A DNA stretch of 63,941 bases, counting the filler, from Basidiobolus ranarum (taxonomy: Eukaryota), in assembly GCA_040143965.1 (NCBI GenBank). It is 3 parts of 3 records of this genome, joined end to end, with 100 filler letters (N's around TTAATTAATTAA, not from the genome) between each part and the next. Parts side by side here need not be neighbours in the genome. Positions count along the whole stretch, not along the records: positions 22,602 to 45,075 come from JASJQH010000185.1; positions 45,176 to 63,941 come from JASJQH010000267.1; 1 more part is not named here. One strand, 5' to 3'. Under the pieces are notes generated by a model that saw only the letters and a program-made list of their open reading frames with translations, was not told where the DNA came from and ran no database searches. Below are positions 35,805 to 49,515 of the stretch, one piece after another. Position 1 is the stretch's first letter, and each line of letters begins with the position of its first letter. A program made the translations under genes and the position numbers.

Positions 35805-37038
35805 TTTGGAGTGTAGTGTAGGATGAGCTAAATGTACAAAATGAAATATGAATTTGACTGGAGTTTAACTTGAGTTTATATAAGATTATTGGTTAATCTA
35901 ATTTTACGTCACGAATGATGGCAGTGACTTCTGTATATAGTAAATAGTAATTTAATATGTAGTCATCGCAAGGAACCAAATTTAGATTGACCAGTTAGGA
36001 AATTTGCTCAGCTGTAGAAATATATCGACAACGTGTATCTTATACGGCTCACCCACAGATTGACAAGTCATCCAGACCCGAAAACACGCTCCTTCGTTCT
36101 CATGGTGACGTATCAAAGCTACAATGACATATTGAAGTCCAAGAAAAGGGTTGGCATAGATGCGTTATTCAAACTGTCTGAGTTCTTTCTAACAAACATT
36201 TTACCTATTACGCTACTCATTTTAGAATCATGACCTCATTTCGTAAAATTGGGTAATTCGATAGTTAAATACGCTGTAAACTACGATTGACAGTTACGTT
36301 ATAAACCACTAACATTCGTATCCTGTCAGAGTTATGTTTCAATGTGTTGCGAATATTGGCATATTCTGACTTGATCACTATTCGAGTAATAAGGAGAGTT
36401 GAGGATATCCATAAATACTCTAAGTATGCGTATAAAAATAACGTTTAGCATTTCTCTCCTTTCTGAATGCTCTTAGCATATCTGCTATAAGTTATTGATT
36501 TCAATAGTACAACTGTTACTTACGATAATTTTCAAAATTTAACCTTTTGGAACTATTGCTCAGTTATTTCTTTTATCTAATATATTTTAAAATTACATGG
36601 TTTATACTAGTTAATGGCTAACATGTACTTACAATTGTCAAAAAGTTCCAAAATAATTTCGTAAGCATTATAAGAGATGACTCCTGTTTCTTACTTATAC
36701 CTTTGCTTTTATAAACTAGCTATCGAGTTTAGCATGCTAAAAGAAGTGGTATGCTTTATTATGTATTATCAACTGCACGAACAGATCAAGTTACGGTGAT
36801 GAAAATCATTCCAAGAAATGATCCTTGTGATGCCAAAGGATTTTACCTGAAACCGATGTTGATAGGGTTAGGGTTAGGCATGCATACTCATTTACTTTTT
36901 GACTATTGCTAAAATTATATGTGAGGATTTCTGAAACCACGGAAAAAGAACCTAACATAGTGTTTAAATAGAACCACACATTTTCTCTTCAAAGGCCTGT
37001 CTATATGAATGTATAAATACTTAAAATACCTTTATAAT

Positions 37039-37381
37039 TGTTGAAGTTAGCATTGCTTAAACACATAGTCATATATAGCTTAGTATTTAGTTATCTTATA
37101 TTGAACTAAGATATTACCCATTATTCCCATAAGGAATTTACTTAGAATATTGACACCAACTTAGAAGTTCTCGGATATATAGATTTTTTTAAACTTGTGC
37201 TAGAAGCCCCAAACTGTACACACAAGTTCCTGGGACCTTTCTTAACACATTCTACACGTTTGTTTGTTTACATTTTGACAAAACTATAAATGTCAGCTTT
37301 CTACTGAATAAATCAATAAGTGAAATCCACCAATTCTTGTAGTTCAAACCACTTTCAACAAACTCCCAAAATACTTTAACA
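37039..37381. mobile_element. Solo LTR of the same family as the 22.6-24.2 kb cluster
   Basis: TGTTGAAG...CTTTAACA termini; collinear with the reverse complement of 23520-23866. TSD imperfect (ATAAT/GAAAT). Confidence 0.8.
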
Positions 37382-38112
37382 GAAATATCTTTCTATATAA
37401 CTTTGCAACTTGAAATAGTTTTATACTTGTATATCTCCTGAATCAAAAAAATAAACATACCATTGGAACATTTAGATACTCAGCAATGTTAGTAAACCAG
37501 CTCTATTCCTCTAATAGCTCATCTTAAAAATTACTACGATACATTGGGAAAACTACTTATTTCTGATAATTTAATACTGAAAATTCCTTTCATAGTATAA
37601 ATAGAAGATACAGCATTCGGGTGGCTATATCCAATATCTTAGCAAGTTAGAGCCATGCTCTACCTCTCTTACACTAAATCACGCACAAGAACAAAGCTCA
37701 TTTTAATACGGACTTGTATTGGCCATATGATCAATGTATTCCCGAAACATTGTTGAAAAATATGGTAATAGAGCAATGGAGTTACTGATTATGAAATCGT
37801 GTAACTAACAATTCCTATATGTAGTGCCGGCACCCGTGGTTTATTAGGATAATTCACTAGCATTGATTTACCCATCAACTAGTGTTGTGGATTTACTCAC
37901 TGATTTACTCGGGCATTTTCATTCAATGCCATGGTTTTATTCACAAATTCCGCTCTCTTATCCACGTGAAAACTAATGAATATTTAGTTTCACATGACTA
38001 AGGTTTCAGATGGGTCAGCTAATACGTCAGATGGGAGAAGTATAAAATTGGAGGCTTATTTCAGTTTTTGCCTTCACCTGGACCCTTTTAACCTCTCTTG
38101 TTATTTTGTATC

Positions 38113-39194
38113 ATGAACACAATTAGTAGAGCCACACAAGCTACAAGCAGAGCCCGCGGTATACTTCGTCATTTTTCAACTGGTAATGTAAATTCTCAAC
38201 TCGTTAAAGCCATTGGAGTGTATGGATCTGGTTTAATGGGTGCAGGAATTGCTCAAGTAGCTGCACAGAATGGTTACTCGGTTACTTTGGTAGACGTTAG
38301 TGAAGATCACTTGGCTAAGGGAAAATCCATTATCTCTTCCTCCTTGAAGAGAATTGCTCGTAAAAAGTTCACCGATGAAAATGAACAGAAAGAATTCGTT
38401 GCTAATACCATGACAAACATTCAAACTTCTACAAACTCTGAAGAGACCGCCTCTAAAGTAGACTTGATTGTGGAAGCAATTGTTGAAAATTTGGAGATCA
38501 AACGTAAACTTTTTGAAAGCTTAGATAACGTAGCTCCTAAGCATACTATTTTTGCCTCAAATACCAGCTCTTTGCCTATTGGTGATATTGCTTCCGCTAC
38601 AAAGAGACAGGATCGCTTCGGTGGCCTTCATTTCTTTAACCCTGTTCCTCAAATGAAGTTGGTTGAAGTGATTCGTACTGAGCACACTAGCGATGAGACA
38701 AATCAAGCTCTATATGAAGTTTGTAAAGGAATGAAGAAAGTTCCAGTTGCTTGCAAGGATACACCTGGGTAAGACATAATGACATGTAGTAAGTCCTAGA
38801 TTTTATACTAACTAGTTTATTGTCTCAGATTTATTGTGAATCGTTTACTTGTTCCTTATCTCATGGAATCGGTTCGTTTAGCCGAGCGTGGTGAAGCTAC
38901 CCCTGAAGATATTGATACTGCTATGAAGCTTGGTGCTGGTTATCCTATGGGTCCTTTCGAGTTGATGGATGTAAGTAGTGCATATTTCTAATTGAGAGAC
39001 ATTTTACTTACAGTTAATTATAGTATGTTGGACTCGATACAATGAAGCACATCATTGATGGCTGGTACACTGTTGGCCAGGGCCTCAAGGGTGAGAATTT
39101 GGTCAAGCCCTCACCAATGTTAGATGAGTTAGTTAAGCATAAGCGTTTTGGACGTAAATCTGGTCATGGGTTTTACTCATATGATTCCAAATGA
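38113..39194 (+). CDS. HADH: Mitochondrial short-chain 3-hydroxyacyl-CoA dehydrogenase
   Basis: Presequence; [74 protein letters not shown]. Three exons. Confidence 0.95.
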
Positions 39195-41726
39195 GAAATT
39201 TAAACTAAATTCTCACTCACTCTATATATATACCAATAAACAACTTTTACAAAATCATGTTCAAAGTAATCAGCCTCAGAGAAAGTCACCAACACAACCC
39301 CTTAAATGACAATGAACAACGTGAAGTATTATACTTGACGAATATAATATCAAGGTTCTAAATTATGCTTATGCGAGTTTAAAATCAAGATTCTTGAAAT
39401 ATCCAATAATAGAGTAGAGTTACCACATGGTTGTTATTTATCCTACAGTATATAGATCAAAAAACTATCTCAACCCCAGCCCTACCCTAACCCTAGCTGT
39501 ATATCCCTTTTAAAAATCGTAGATTCTATATTATATCCATATTCATATCCCTACTCATGTTTGGCATCAAGAAACTCAACATGTGGAAAAGGCGTACTTG
39601 TTTGCGTGTCTTGGTGCTGTATGTGTTCACATTCACGGTACCATGAGGTCATTGGAATGTGCATCTGATGTACGGGATGGAGCCACTTTCCAGGTCCAAC
39701 CTATCATGTACTATTCTATTTGGGGATAGCTAACCCTAATAGATGCAAAAAGATGTGAGTTCTATTAAGGTGGTTTTCTGATGTCAATGTCCTAGAATTT
39801 TGATGTGCTAGCTTAATGCCCATCCTGGAACCATCCTAGAATTGGGCGTTGTTCACGCAAGATATATTGGGATTGAGTGTTTGTCGCAGGTTTCAGGAGT
39901 GTACAGCTTTAGGGTTGGGGCCAAATTCAAGAAAGTCATTGATGCTCTCTGCAGGATTCAAGGGGTGTAATCACAGTCTCATATATAGTCAATGGTAGAA
40001 ATCCCTCCTCTTACATTGATAACACTATAGGTAGATTTGGGTTTTCTGGTATTTATTTGTTGCATACGCTAACACGCTATTGTCAACTGTAGTAGGAAAT
40101 AAATCAATACCAAAATGGTGGAACTACCCCTTCATTTAGAGCAAATACTTTCATTTGAGTCTCTACTGTAGGCGCTAATCCTAAAGGTGGATATAATGCT
40201 AAAACTCTACTTACTATAAATTGGGAACCACTTGATATGGACCTAGCTGCAGAAGCTAAGACTCTGGTATTATTGCTGAAGATGCTATCCCTACTGCATA
40301 CCGAGAGCTGCTTCAAATCAGAATCTGTGGTGTGAGCCTATCAAAACATTCATTTAAGCTATAGGATATTGAGATTCTGGAGCAACTCAAAAAGTCACAT
40401 TAAATAGCTGATTTGACTTGACTTCAGTTACGCTGTGTAATTATTTACAACTGATGACAGAGAGTGTATAGAACGGAATATATATATAAGGTACCATCGT
40501 TGTATTTAGAACACCCCAAGTACAAGTAAGTTTTATGGAACAGGCTAGGACGATCCCGATAAAATTTCCGAATTAGATCTAATCTCGATTGAATGACGTT
40601 CATAGTATTTGAGTAACTAAGAATCTCTTCCAAGGCTTGAATCTCGATAATTCGCCAAAGTTGGGCTATTTTCATTTAATTTCAGTGTACAACTTAATAC
40701 ATTGTCGCCTGTTACACTAAAAGTGGTTAGAATCGAGGCAGCTGAGATTACCATTATAGTAATGAGAATCTCGAACATTAAGAACACACTACATGTAACA
40801 CACACACCATATAGCATGTAAGCTAACTCTAAACTTGCAGAAGAAGAAAGGGTATAAAATAGTACGCAAGGGTGTATGTAATCCAGTACGCTATGTGCAT
40901 TCACAATGGTTTCAAAGCAAGGGTTGTTTCAGTGTCTTAGCGGATGCATCAATGTACCCTCAAAAGCTACAACATTGTAACTGAATAGTATGACGCCTAT
41001 CGCAATATACAGGAGGATTGTGATTATCATAGCCCCTAACATGGCTATTTTCCGATAGATGTTTTCTCCAGTGAAAATGCAACCAGCGAAATGCAGTCGA
41101 ATACAACCGAAGGGAATGTGCTTTTGTGTGCATTCACACTTGCACTAGGCGTGAGGATCACTCCTTACATAGCCATTTACTACCTCGGGCTATACGCGTC
41201 GTTGATCAAGGATCACGGCGATCTTTGATTTCTACCGGTGGTAATAATTCCCGATTCTAGGACAAACAGGACAATATCAACTTGCAGAAATTACAACATT
41301 TCACCAAACATCAGGTAAAACCTTGTACAGTAGCACAATACTCGAGCAAAATAGCGATCACGGTGAGGTTTCCCGAAACAGTCGCTGCGAATAGTTAAAA
41401 TAGATTACTACTCTGTTCCATTCAGTTACTTTTTCTGGTAGTGTGCTTCAATACTGTATCTCCCACCTTTTCTCACCTGCTTTTTACTCCCCCACATCTA
41501 ATCAGCCAATCATATCGAGATATTGGTGTTCAGCTTTGTCTCCCTCCTGCAGCAACTTGCGGGCCCCTCAGACTTCACGATTTGCTTTTAAATAGCTCGT
41601 CTCGCGCTCTTGAGTTCTCAGACAATTCGCCACCGATTTATATTACCAAACACATTCTCTTTTTAACATAGACTTTTGCACACGACCTGATCACCCACAC
41701 AATTTGCATATACATAGACAACTAAT

Positions 41727-43466
41727 ATGGAATTCGGCCTACCCACCTCGTCCAACCAAGCCTTTATTCCTAGCTTACCAATATTTGAGACTTTTCACCA
41801 GTCACCGCATGGGGATTTTAGAACCTCTTTTTACAACCCATTTGAGGTCAAGCATCGGAAACGGACGACCAAAAGCCAGTTCAAAGTGCTGGAAAAGGCT
41901 TTCCATGAGAATCCTAAGCCTAATAACACTGTCAGACGTACACTTGCACAGGAATTATCCATGACTCCTCGCGGAGTACAAGTTTGGTTCCAGAATCGAC
42001 GCGCCAAGGCAAAGAATCAAAAGAATCTGGGAACCTCTGCAGAAACCGATATTTTCGATGACAATTCCTGCTCAGATTCTGAAGAAAGATCCCAATCATT
42101 CGAATCCAACGAAGTCCCGATATCTGAATCTTTGACACCCGTAGCATCCTCTAGCATCTCAGGTGCCATTTCCACCGAAAGTAAGCCTGAAATTAGTAAG
42201 GCCACCAGAGGTGCAGATGAGAACTTGGTGAAAAAACAGCGCCCCAACCCCCAATCCATAAAGGTTGCTACTACACCCGAGCAATATGAGAAAATGATGA
42301 GACAACATCAATCTCAACGAGACAGCCTTGATATCCTTCCCCAACAGCGCAAGCGTTCCTTAGAGTCCCAAATCTATTATCATCAGAATGCCTATCCTTT
42401 CGAGATAACCAACACTGAAGATAAATATGTTGAATTTAGAAGTCGGGCAAACTCGCTCCCCGGCCCTAAATCTGGATGGGAAACCTTCGGAACCATGTCA
42501 GCAACTGAGAGCAATTTCCCTACAGATCTTCTGAGCCCAATGTCCAGTTACATGTCAAATACCATGTCAGCCCCTATGTCGGCGGTATCACTGCCTGATC
42601 ACTTACAAGACTATGTGACTACATACAGTCCCTCTGTCAACTCCATCACCGAGGATTTTGGCAGCCAAGGTGGACTCATTAATAGCTCTAGCACAAACCT
42701 GAACACACCTACTAGCTTCTCTGGTAACATGAGGAGAAATTCGTGTCCCCCTGAGTTCATTGCCTCCTTTGTTAGCATGGGCTTTGTACCAGCAGAAAAG
42801 CAACATTTAGCTACAATTGCGGAGGATGATCAATTTTACAATGAACACAACCATATGACCAACCATCCTCAGAATCAGACCTTCTTCCAAGGACAACCAC
42901 AATCTGCAGAACTTCCTTGCTTTATGTTAAACGACTCCTTAGAGGTGCCATTTGCGAAACCCAATTATTCACAACAAATACCGCACTCCATTCCATATGG
43001 CAATCACTCGAGCCAAATGAATGATTATGGCAAACTCAAAATACGCCGATTATCCGAGCCTCGAATTAGTAAAAGCTACAATCCTGTGTCACTTTCCAAC
43101 GAGGATATTCTATTGAACCATCAGGATATTCACCACAATCACCTTTTGCAGTTGGACACAAATTCCATTCCACAATACAGCTCGATAGGACCTGGTACAT
43201 TGATGAGAGGTCACAGTATGGATTCCACCAACTGGAGTCTCTCAGCCAAAACGTCCAACATGCACGGGAATTACGTAGGAAAACCTCAGCAATCGTCTAA
43301 TCAGGTGAATTTTTCCACAGCATATCCAATGAATCCCGGGCAAGTTACTCAAACCGGGATCCCCCTGGATGGGTCCATGTCCTCAGTCAACAGCACAACA
43401 CCAATGCCTTATATGGATGACCTCAATTACTCAATCTATGCATCCAGCAACACCTTCTCATCGTAA
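41727..43466 (+). CDS. Homeodomain transcription factor
   Basis: KHRKRTTKSQFKVLEKAF...RRTLAQELSMTPRGVQVWFQNRRAKAK; long disordered C-terminus; intronless. Confidence 0.93.
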   Translation: MEFGLPTSSNQAFIPSLPIFETFHQSPHGDFRTSFYNPFEVKHRKRTTKSQFKVLEKAFHENPKPNNTVRRTLAQELSMTPRGVQVWFQNRRAKAKNQKNLGTSAETDIFDDNSCSDSEERSQSFESNEVPISESLTPVASSSISGAISTESKPEISKATRGADENLVKKQRPNPQSIKVATTPEQYEKMMRQHQSQRDSLDILPQQRKRSLESQIYYHQNAYPFEITNTEDKYVEFRSRANSLPGPKSGWETFGTMSATESNFPTDLLSPMSSYMSNTMSAPMSAVSLPDHLQDYVTTYSPSVNSITEDFGSQGGLINSSSTNLNTPTSFSGNMRRNSCPPEFIASFVSMGFVPAEKQHLATIAEDDQFYNEHNHMTNHPQNQTFFQGQPQSAELPCFMLNDSLEVPFAKPNYSQQIPHSIPYGNHSSQMNDYGKLKIRRLSEPRISKSYNPVSLSNEDILLNHQDIHHNHLLQLDTNSIPQYSSIGPGTLMRGHSMDSTNWSLSAKTSNMHGNYVGKPQQSSNQVNFSTAYPMNPGQVTQTGIPLDGSMSSVNSTTPMPYMDDLNYSIYASSNTFSS

Positions 43467-44853
43467 TCTTCGTTTTGGTTTCCCCTTCATCTTTGTTGTG
43501 GATTCATTAGATACCCGGGTTTACTATCCTGTGTAAATAGCTTCCCGCTCACTAATGCCCAATTTTCTCCACTATTTTGCTAAGTTTTGGCTCTTGATGC
43601 GGTGATTATTCTTTATTCCATAGTATTATATAATGTACAATAATGTAGTTGAGATTCATCCAATGAATATGTTCGCCCACTTGACCTCAGTATAAACTTT
43701 ATTTTCACCGCAGTCGGTAGTAATGTGATGGCATTCGTGCAACCACACAGGAAATGCAACGGTGGTAGAGGAAGAGGCAAGAATTCCTCAGCCCATTTGA
43801 AACTGGTTCTTAGTACGAATTAGTGTATTCTATGTGGAGAAGATGACTCCATTATCTATTATATGGAGAGCATGACTCCATCACTCTCGAAGTGAATCTT
43901 GGTGTGATGATTTGATAGATATACTTCCAATCGCTCTCTCAACACCCGCTCTCTTGACTTCAAACCGGATATTGAAAGTCAAGTTTGATACATGAATGGA
44001 CTATCCACTTTTGGTAGCGGAGTGAGCGTTTATATTCTATGAACCTGATTACTTTTCATTGACCTGATCCTTGCTATATTCTCTAATCTTCTTCGGCGCC
44101 TGTACCTGGTCCCATGTCCAGATTTATGACTATTTTCCTATCTCCGCACTCATTCAAGCTGGCTTCAATACAGGTGGTTCTTGATGAGTCATGTGATGGG
44201 AGATTTGGTTGATGATTTCCCAATTCAAGTATCTACACATGATCAGCCTTCGAACTTTCTCGGACAATAAAATGAAAAGAATGGCTTTACTGTAATCACA
44301 CCGTCATGACTCTGCTTATCTATACGTGTCTCTAATAATCTATGGGATCGAGAGCTATCCTAGTAAACCAGTCTATTCTCTCATAAACCAGCCTAGGACA
44401 GCATAAAGGAATGGCCCGGAAATGGGTGGCGGTTACAATGACGCTCATTCAAATGAAAAAAGGGAATTAGTTTAGATTGAAAGCGCACTAAATGGTGAAT
44501 GCTGAGCCGAATATTGAATATCTCCATCGCCTCCTTGTCAAATCTAGGTGTCACAACAATATATCAGACCAAATCTTGGGCATCATCGTATTTTCCATTT
44601 ATATACATATGCACTCTTATTGCCATTCATAAATGAGAAGCCGGTTTCATTGAATCGATTCTTTGCGTTTCTTTACATACTTGATATTTCCACTTATGAC
44701 TAACAATTGAGATTCACTTCTCTCGATTCTGTTGGCAAAGAAGATTTTGGTTGGTGGGGTAATACAGATCAAATGTTGATACATGGCCTTGGTATAGTAA
44801 CAAAAGCTGGGGAAGATGAATAATGGCCATGGTTTGTCATGCAATCATAATTT

Positions 44854-44916
44854 CTAGTATTTATTAGTATCTGTTCATACGCCTATACTAGTATTTATTA
44901 GTATCTGTTCATACGC
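44854..44916. repeat. 29-bp direct duplication (period 34)
   Basis: CTAGTATTTATTAGTATCTGTTCATACGC twice. Confidence 0.85.
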
Positions 44917-45075
44917 TGAGAATCACCAATAACACATCATCGTCAAGGTGATACATGTCACGACAACTTTCACCTAGTTGGAATCGTCAATATCCGGTAA
45001 GAAACCTTGCTGTTGTGTGAAGTTTCTCTTAAGAAAGGGACCAATTCACCTGGTATCGAAATCAGCCATCAATCG

Positions 45076-45175
45076 NNNNNNNNNNNNNNNNNNNNNNNNN
45101 NNNNNNNNNNNNNNNNNNNTTAATTAATTAANNNNNNNNNNNNNNNNNNNNNNNNNNNNNNNNNNNNNNNNNNNN
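45076..45175. other. Artificial contig-joining spacer
   Basis: Same 100-nt N-TTAATTAATTAA-N layout; truncates the MFS gene. Confidence 0.95.
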
Positions 45176-46395
45176 GTGTTCTTCATCTACATTAAAGCGA
45201 CTCATGACTAGCTCACTAATAGAGATGTCAGCAAATTGTTGAAAATGAAACAAATACATATGCATGGTACGTGCCTATTAATATGAAGGAACGTGGTCCA
45301 TCCACAACCAATGATGAAATTCAACCAAATCATGATCCATACAAGGCCTGGGAAATACAAAAGACGGGAGAACTTGAATTCCTTCTTATTACGGAGTCTA
45401 GCAAGCTCTTCAGAGTTGGTGCTTTCGTTGGACGCTCTAACGACGATCACATATAAGATATTGATCAATAAAGAAACTATACACAACACGGCAGACAACT
45501 AAGTATAATAAGCAATTTCATTAACAACAGGTACTTTCTTGAGTCAACTGATAGATTTTACCCAAAATGCAGCTCCATAGAACCCTACAGCTTTGTTGAG
45601 TGGTACAGCAGTTACAAAGGCTAAGTATGATGCCTAATAGGAGAATGATTAGGCTTGCTCGTTCTAATATCATAATAAATGATGCATGTTACCAATCTAG
45701 ATGTAGCGATCTGAAGTCCAAGTGTAATGGCGAGACCCTTCCCATGGAACCAATGACTAATGATGGTTTCCTGGATAATCACGATGGTTCCAGATCCAAT
45801 TCTGTAATGGAAACAAAAATTAGTAAGTGACGAAGCAAAGCTAAGAAGTAGAATAGTACCCATAGAGAATGCGCCCTATAATCATCATGGGGAAAGAAGC
45901 GTATGATGCGGAGAAAGCTACGAATACGTTGCCAAGTGCAATAAGAGTAGTTGAGAGTATAGAGCCCGTATTTGTACCAAAGGCGTCAATAAATACACCA
46001 CCAAGAATTGGCAACACTGTATTAACCAAGGAAACTGAGGATTGGAGAACTCCATATTCAGAATTCGATATTCCTAGTTCCTTTAAAAAGTTTTAGTGAC
46101 AATCTTACTTAAGAGATGAAGCGCCCTTACCTCTTTGATGGTGTTTTTCAAAGCACCGAGTGTATGCGCAGCGTAATGGCTACCCACTTCAAAGCTGTAA
46201 GTAAAGTATTTATTGGTTTGGGCTATACACTCACTAACCTGAAAGAAGCAAAGCACAGAGCAATGCAATCGCCTTGTATTTCCAAGGTTTATCCTCAAAG
46301 CTAGTTACTCCATCAGCCTGTTGTCTATTTGATGAGTCGATAAGGGGCTGCGTCTCTGAAGGGCCGCTCTCACGTTGCTGTGCTGTTGAAGACAT
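45176..46395 (-). CDS. MFS transporter (MFSD1-like), 3' end lost at contig break
   Basis: ETQPLI N-terminal dileucine-like motif; VGSHYAAHTLGALK; LGISNSEYGVLQSSVSLVNTVLPILGGVFIDAFG; IGRILYGIGSG; WFHGKGLAITLGLQIATSRL. Multi-exon. Confidence 0.88.
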
Positions 46396-48026
46396 GATAA
46401 GTGAAAGCAATGCTGAAAGATTCGATTCGTTCAGTTAGAGTATCTTTTATAGTGGCTAGGTGTGGAATATGCATTAGTAAAACTGTTCGATTTAATGTAC
46501 CTATAGTGATGGTTCGATTTGCTTATTATGAGTTGATTATGACCAATTCATTAATATTTCAGTTTATCAGATTCAGTTCTCTGTAAATGCGTCAGCGATG
46601 ATTACCAGAATCGGACTATAGAACAATGGCATTCCTACCTTCTATATATTAGTATGACATACTGGATCAGCATCCGCTTATGGAAGGCACATCAACCTGT
46701 AGAATATGAATGTTTCTAGCGTTCAACACCTTGTGAATATTTGTATGCACAAGAAAATTGTGTTATCAGATTTGGTGAAGTTTGCCACATATATGGGAAC
46801 TATCTCCAAATTCTGATCCGATGTTATCAGATCTCCGGTAATAATATGCATACAGGTAGCAGAATGGAGATTTTATTCAATAATTTCTCTATTGAGATGC
46901 CATATGGAGTATTAGAACGCAGAATGTATTGAAATGGAAATCCTTACTCGTTTGATCAACAAAGCCCCTAGTTTTCAGGGGATTCTGACAGAAAAAAGTG
47001 GAATTTGGCAAGCTCATAGAAGTAATTGCTACTCTAAGTAACTAACGATGTTCAAGGTATTGAGCAACAGCATCAATGAAAGGGCACTGTAATGGGTCAA
47101 AATGTCAAATATACCATTAAATAATACTTCTAAATACGTAGATTTGTAAAGCATACGTTTATAGCAATAAGATACTGAATAACGAATGTCTTTTTAAGTC
47201 AGTAACTGATAATCCCTTTATATCAAGGCGTGTAATATAAAGAACCTTATGTTGTAGTCCACCAAAACTTTTCTAACATTAACAGTAGTTAGTAACATTA
47301 AAGCTAGGCTAAAGCAAGTAACCAGCCGCATTTACTTTTGTTGCTCAACTCATTCAGTCTTTCAAGTTGACATCGGTACCGTCTGTAAATTCAATAACTA
47401 AGATATTGACAATTAGAGTTGGTGTGATCAAGAACGTATGAATTTCAAATTGACTCGAGATCAGAAAGTGAAGAGTCAGACACTATATGTTTGTAGTTTA
47501 CACACATACAAATTCAAAGGCAAGAAACCCGAGAGAATATCTTCCAAAATCCTTCATTGCCTTTCGGTCGACATTGCGATTTTAATAATACTTCAGTGTT
47601 AAAGTCGGTTATGTAAAATCATCTCAAACATGAAGTAGCTCACCAGCTCAGGATTCTGGTGAGGATCATTTGTTTAACTTGTTCTAAATACTGCATTTAT
47701 AGTAAATGAACTAGTGTCTTTAGATACATATATATGTGCGTAGAAAAGCTCGTTTATTACTTCAGTACTATAATTTCCGTAATACACGATGAAAAGAAAG
47801 TACTGAAAGTTAACCGCGAAGATACTAATCAAATAAAAAATACTGCTCGAAACAGATCTAGCAGCAAAAGAGTCAAGTCATTCGTGAACTGCCAGTCTAA
47901 AGTAGTTTTAGAGTTTCCCAACGGTAATTAAAATCTATTCTAATAAGAGGTACATAGTCGAGTGACTAACAGCCGTTGACATAAAATATACCAAACTGAA
48001 TGTATGATATTATTAAGTATGATATA

Positions 48027-49515
48027 TTATACAGCAGCGGCAGCTAAATCAGGCTCCTCGTTACCAGTGTTAGATTTCTCATTCGCTTCCAGGTTTTTAG
48101 ATTTTTTGTAGTTATGGGTTTCACATTGACGACAAGTCTCATTCTTACGACAGCATTGCTTACAAGATTGGAATGGACATTTAATAGATGCAACGTTCTT
48201 GCAATGACTACAAAGCCCTTCTTTGACCTTTTTCGGCTTGCGGGTTTTTTTTGGAGATTCACTTTCAGAAGGCTTTCTCTTTAATGATGGATCATCACTG
48301 TTGGCTTCTGATGTAGAGTTTTCATTCGCTTTTCCAGCTTTGGGTTCAGCTAGAGGTGGTCTGAAGTATGGTTGACACAACCAGTGAGGGATATCACGAG
48401 TACCATTTTCATCAGTCGTGATTTCATGAGAAGAATTCTTGGCAGACTCTTCCAGGCGTTGTTTCAATTCTTGAACAATCTCTTCGAATTGTTCAATGCT
48501 TTTGACTTTACCCAATTGCTCACGCATATCCGTATGAATGTGGAGACAAGGACGGAGGATTTTGAACAAATGGGGTCGAATCATGTGTATCTTTGTGGGG
48601 ATTTCTTTACAGATATCAAGATACTCCTGGGCCATCTTCCACACAGGTGGAAGTTCTCCAGAAAATAAAGCTGGATTATATAAATTGCCTTCGGCAGACA
48701 TAACACCCTGAGCTCCGGTAAACTCCAAACATCTCTGAACATCTTCATGATAGAGAATATTACCATTCGCAAAGACCGGAACTGAAACGGCCTCACGAAC
48801 ACGTCTGATTTGTTCCCAATCTGCTAAACCTGTTTTGTGACCCTTTTGTTCGCGAAAACGTCCATGAACAGTAAGAAGCTGAGCACCAGCATCCACTAGC
48901 AACTTGGCATACTCAATGGTTTTATTAACGTCCGGGAAGATTCGAATTTTGCAAGTAACAGGAATCGAAAGTTTACTATGCAATAGAGAGACTAAATTGA
49001 AAAAATTAGACAAACTGGATAGAAACAATTGACAAGTTCTTTCTAAATGTACCCATGTTCTTCAGTAGGTCCCAGTCTTCCATCAAAAACGAACCATAGT
49101 GACCCCGTTTAGCGATATGTTGTGGGCAACCGATATTTAAATCTACTGCATCACATTTATCTTGAACTAAAAGGGCAGCTTTGAGTAAAGTATCTGGATC
49201 ATTGGCACAAAACTGAACAATCAATGGTCGATCTTGTGGACTAGTAGTAAACTGCTCATCACGATAATGTTGACTTTCAGAAAAAAGACGAGCATGGAAC
49301 ATAGGTGTGTAGCAAAGCTCAGCACCATACCTACGACTCAATACACGCCAAGCCTGTTAATGGAAATAACGGATAGTGTTAAAGCGACGAAGAGAAACTA
49401 ACTGAATACGAACGTATACCTCTTCGGATTGATCTACCATTGGGGCGACAACATATTTGGCACTTTTCAAAGATTTCTCCCAAAATTCGAAACCGGTTGG
49501 CTTTTCAATGGTCAT
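48027..49515 (-). CDS. DUS1: tRNA-dihydrouridine synthase 1
   Basis: [93 protein letters not shown]. Confidence 0.96.

Noticed and set aside
40105-40310. Protein-like plus-strand stretch (QNGGTTPSFRANTF*..GANPKGGYNAKTLLTINWEPLDMDL) that might be a pseudogene fragment
   Set aside because: Has a stop codon and a probable frameshift, and I cannot identify a parent family; needs BLASTX.
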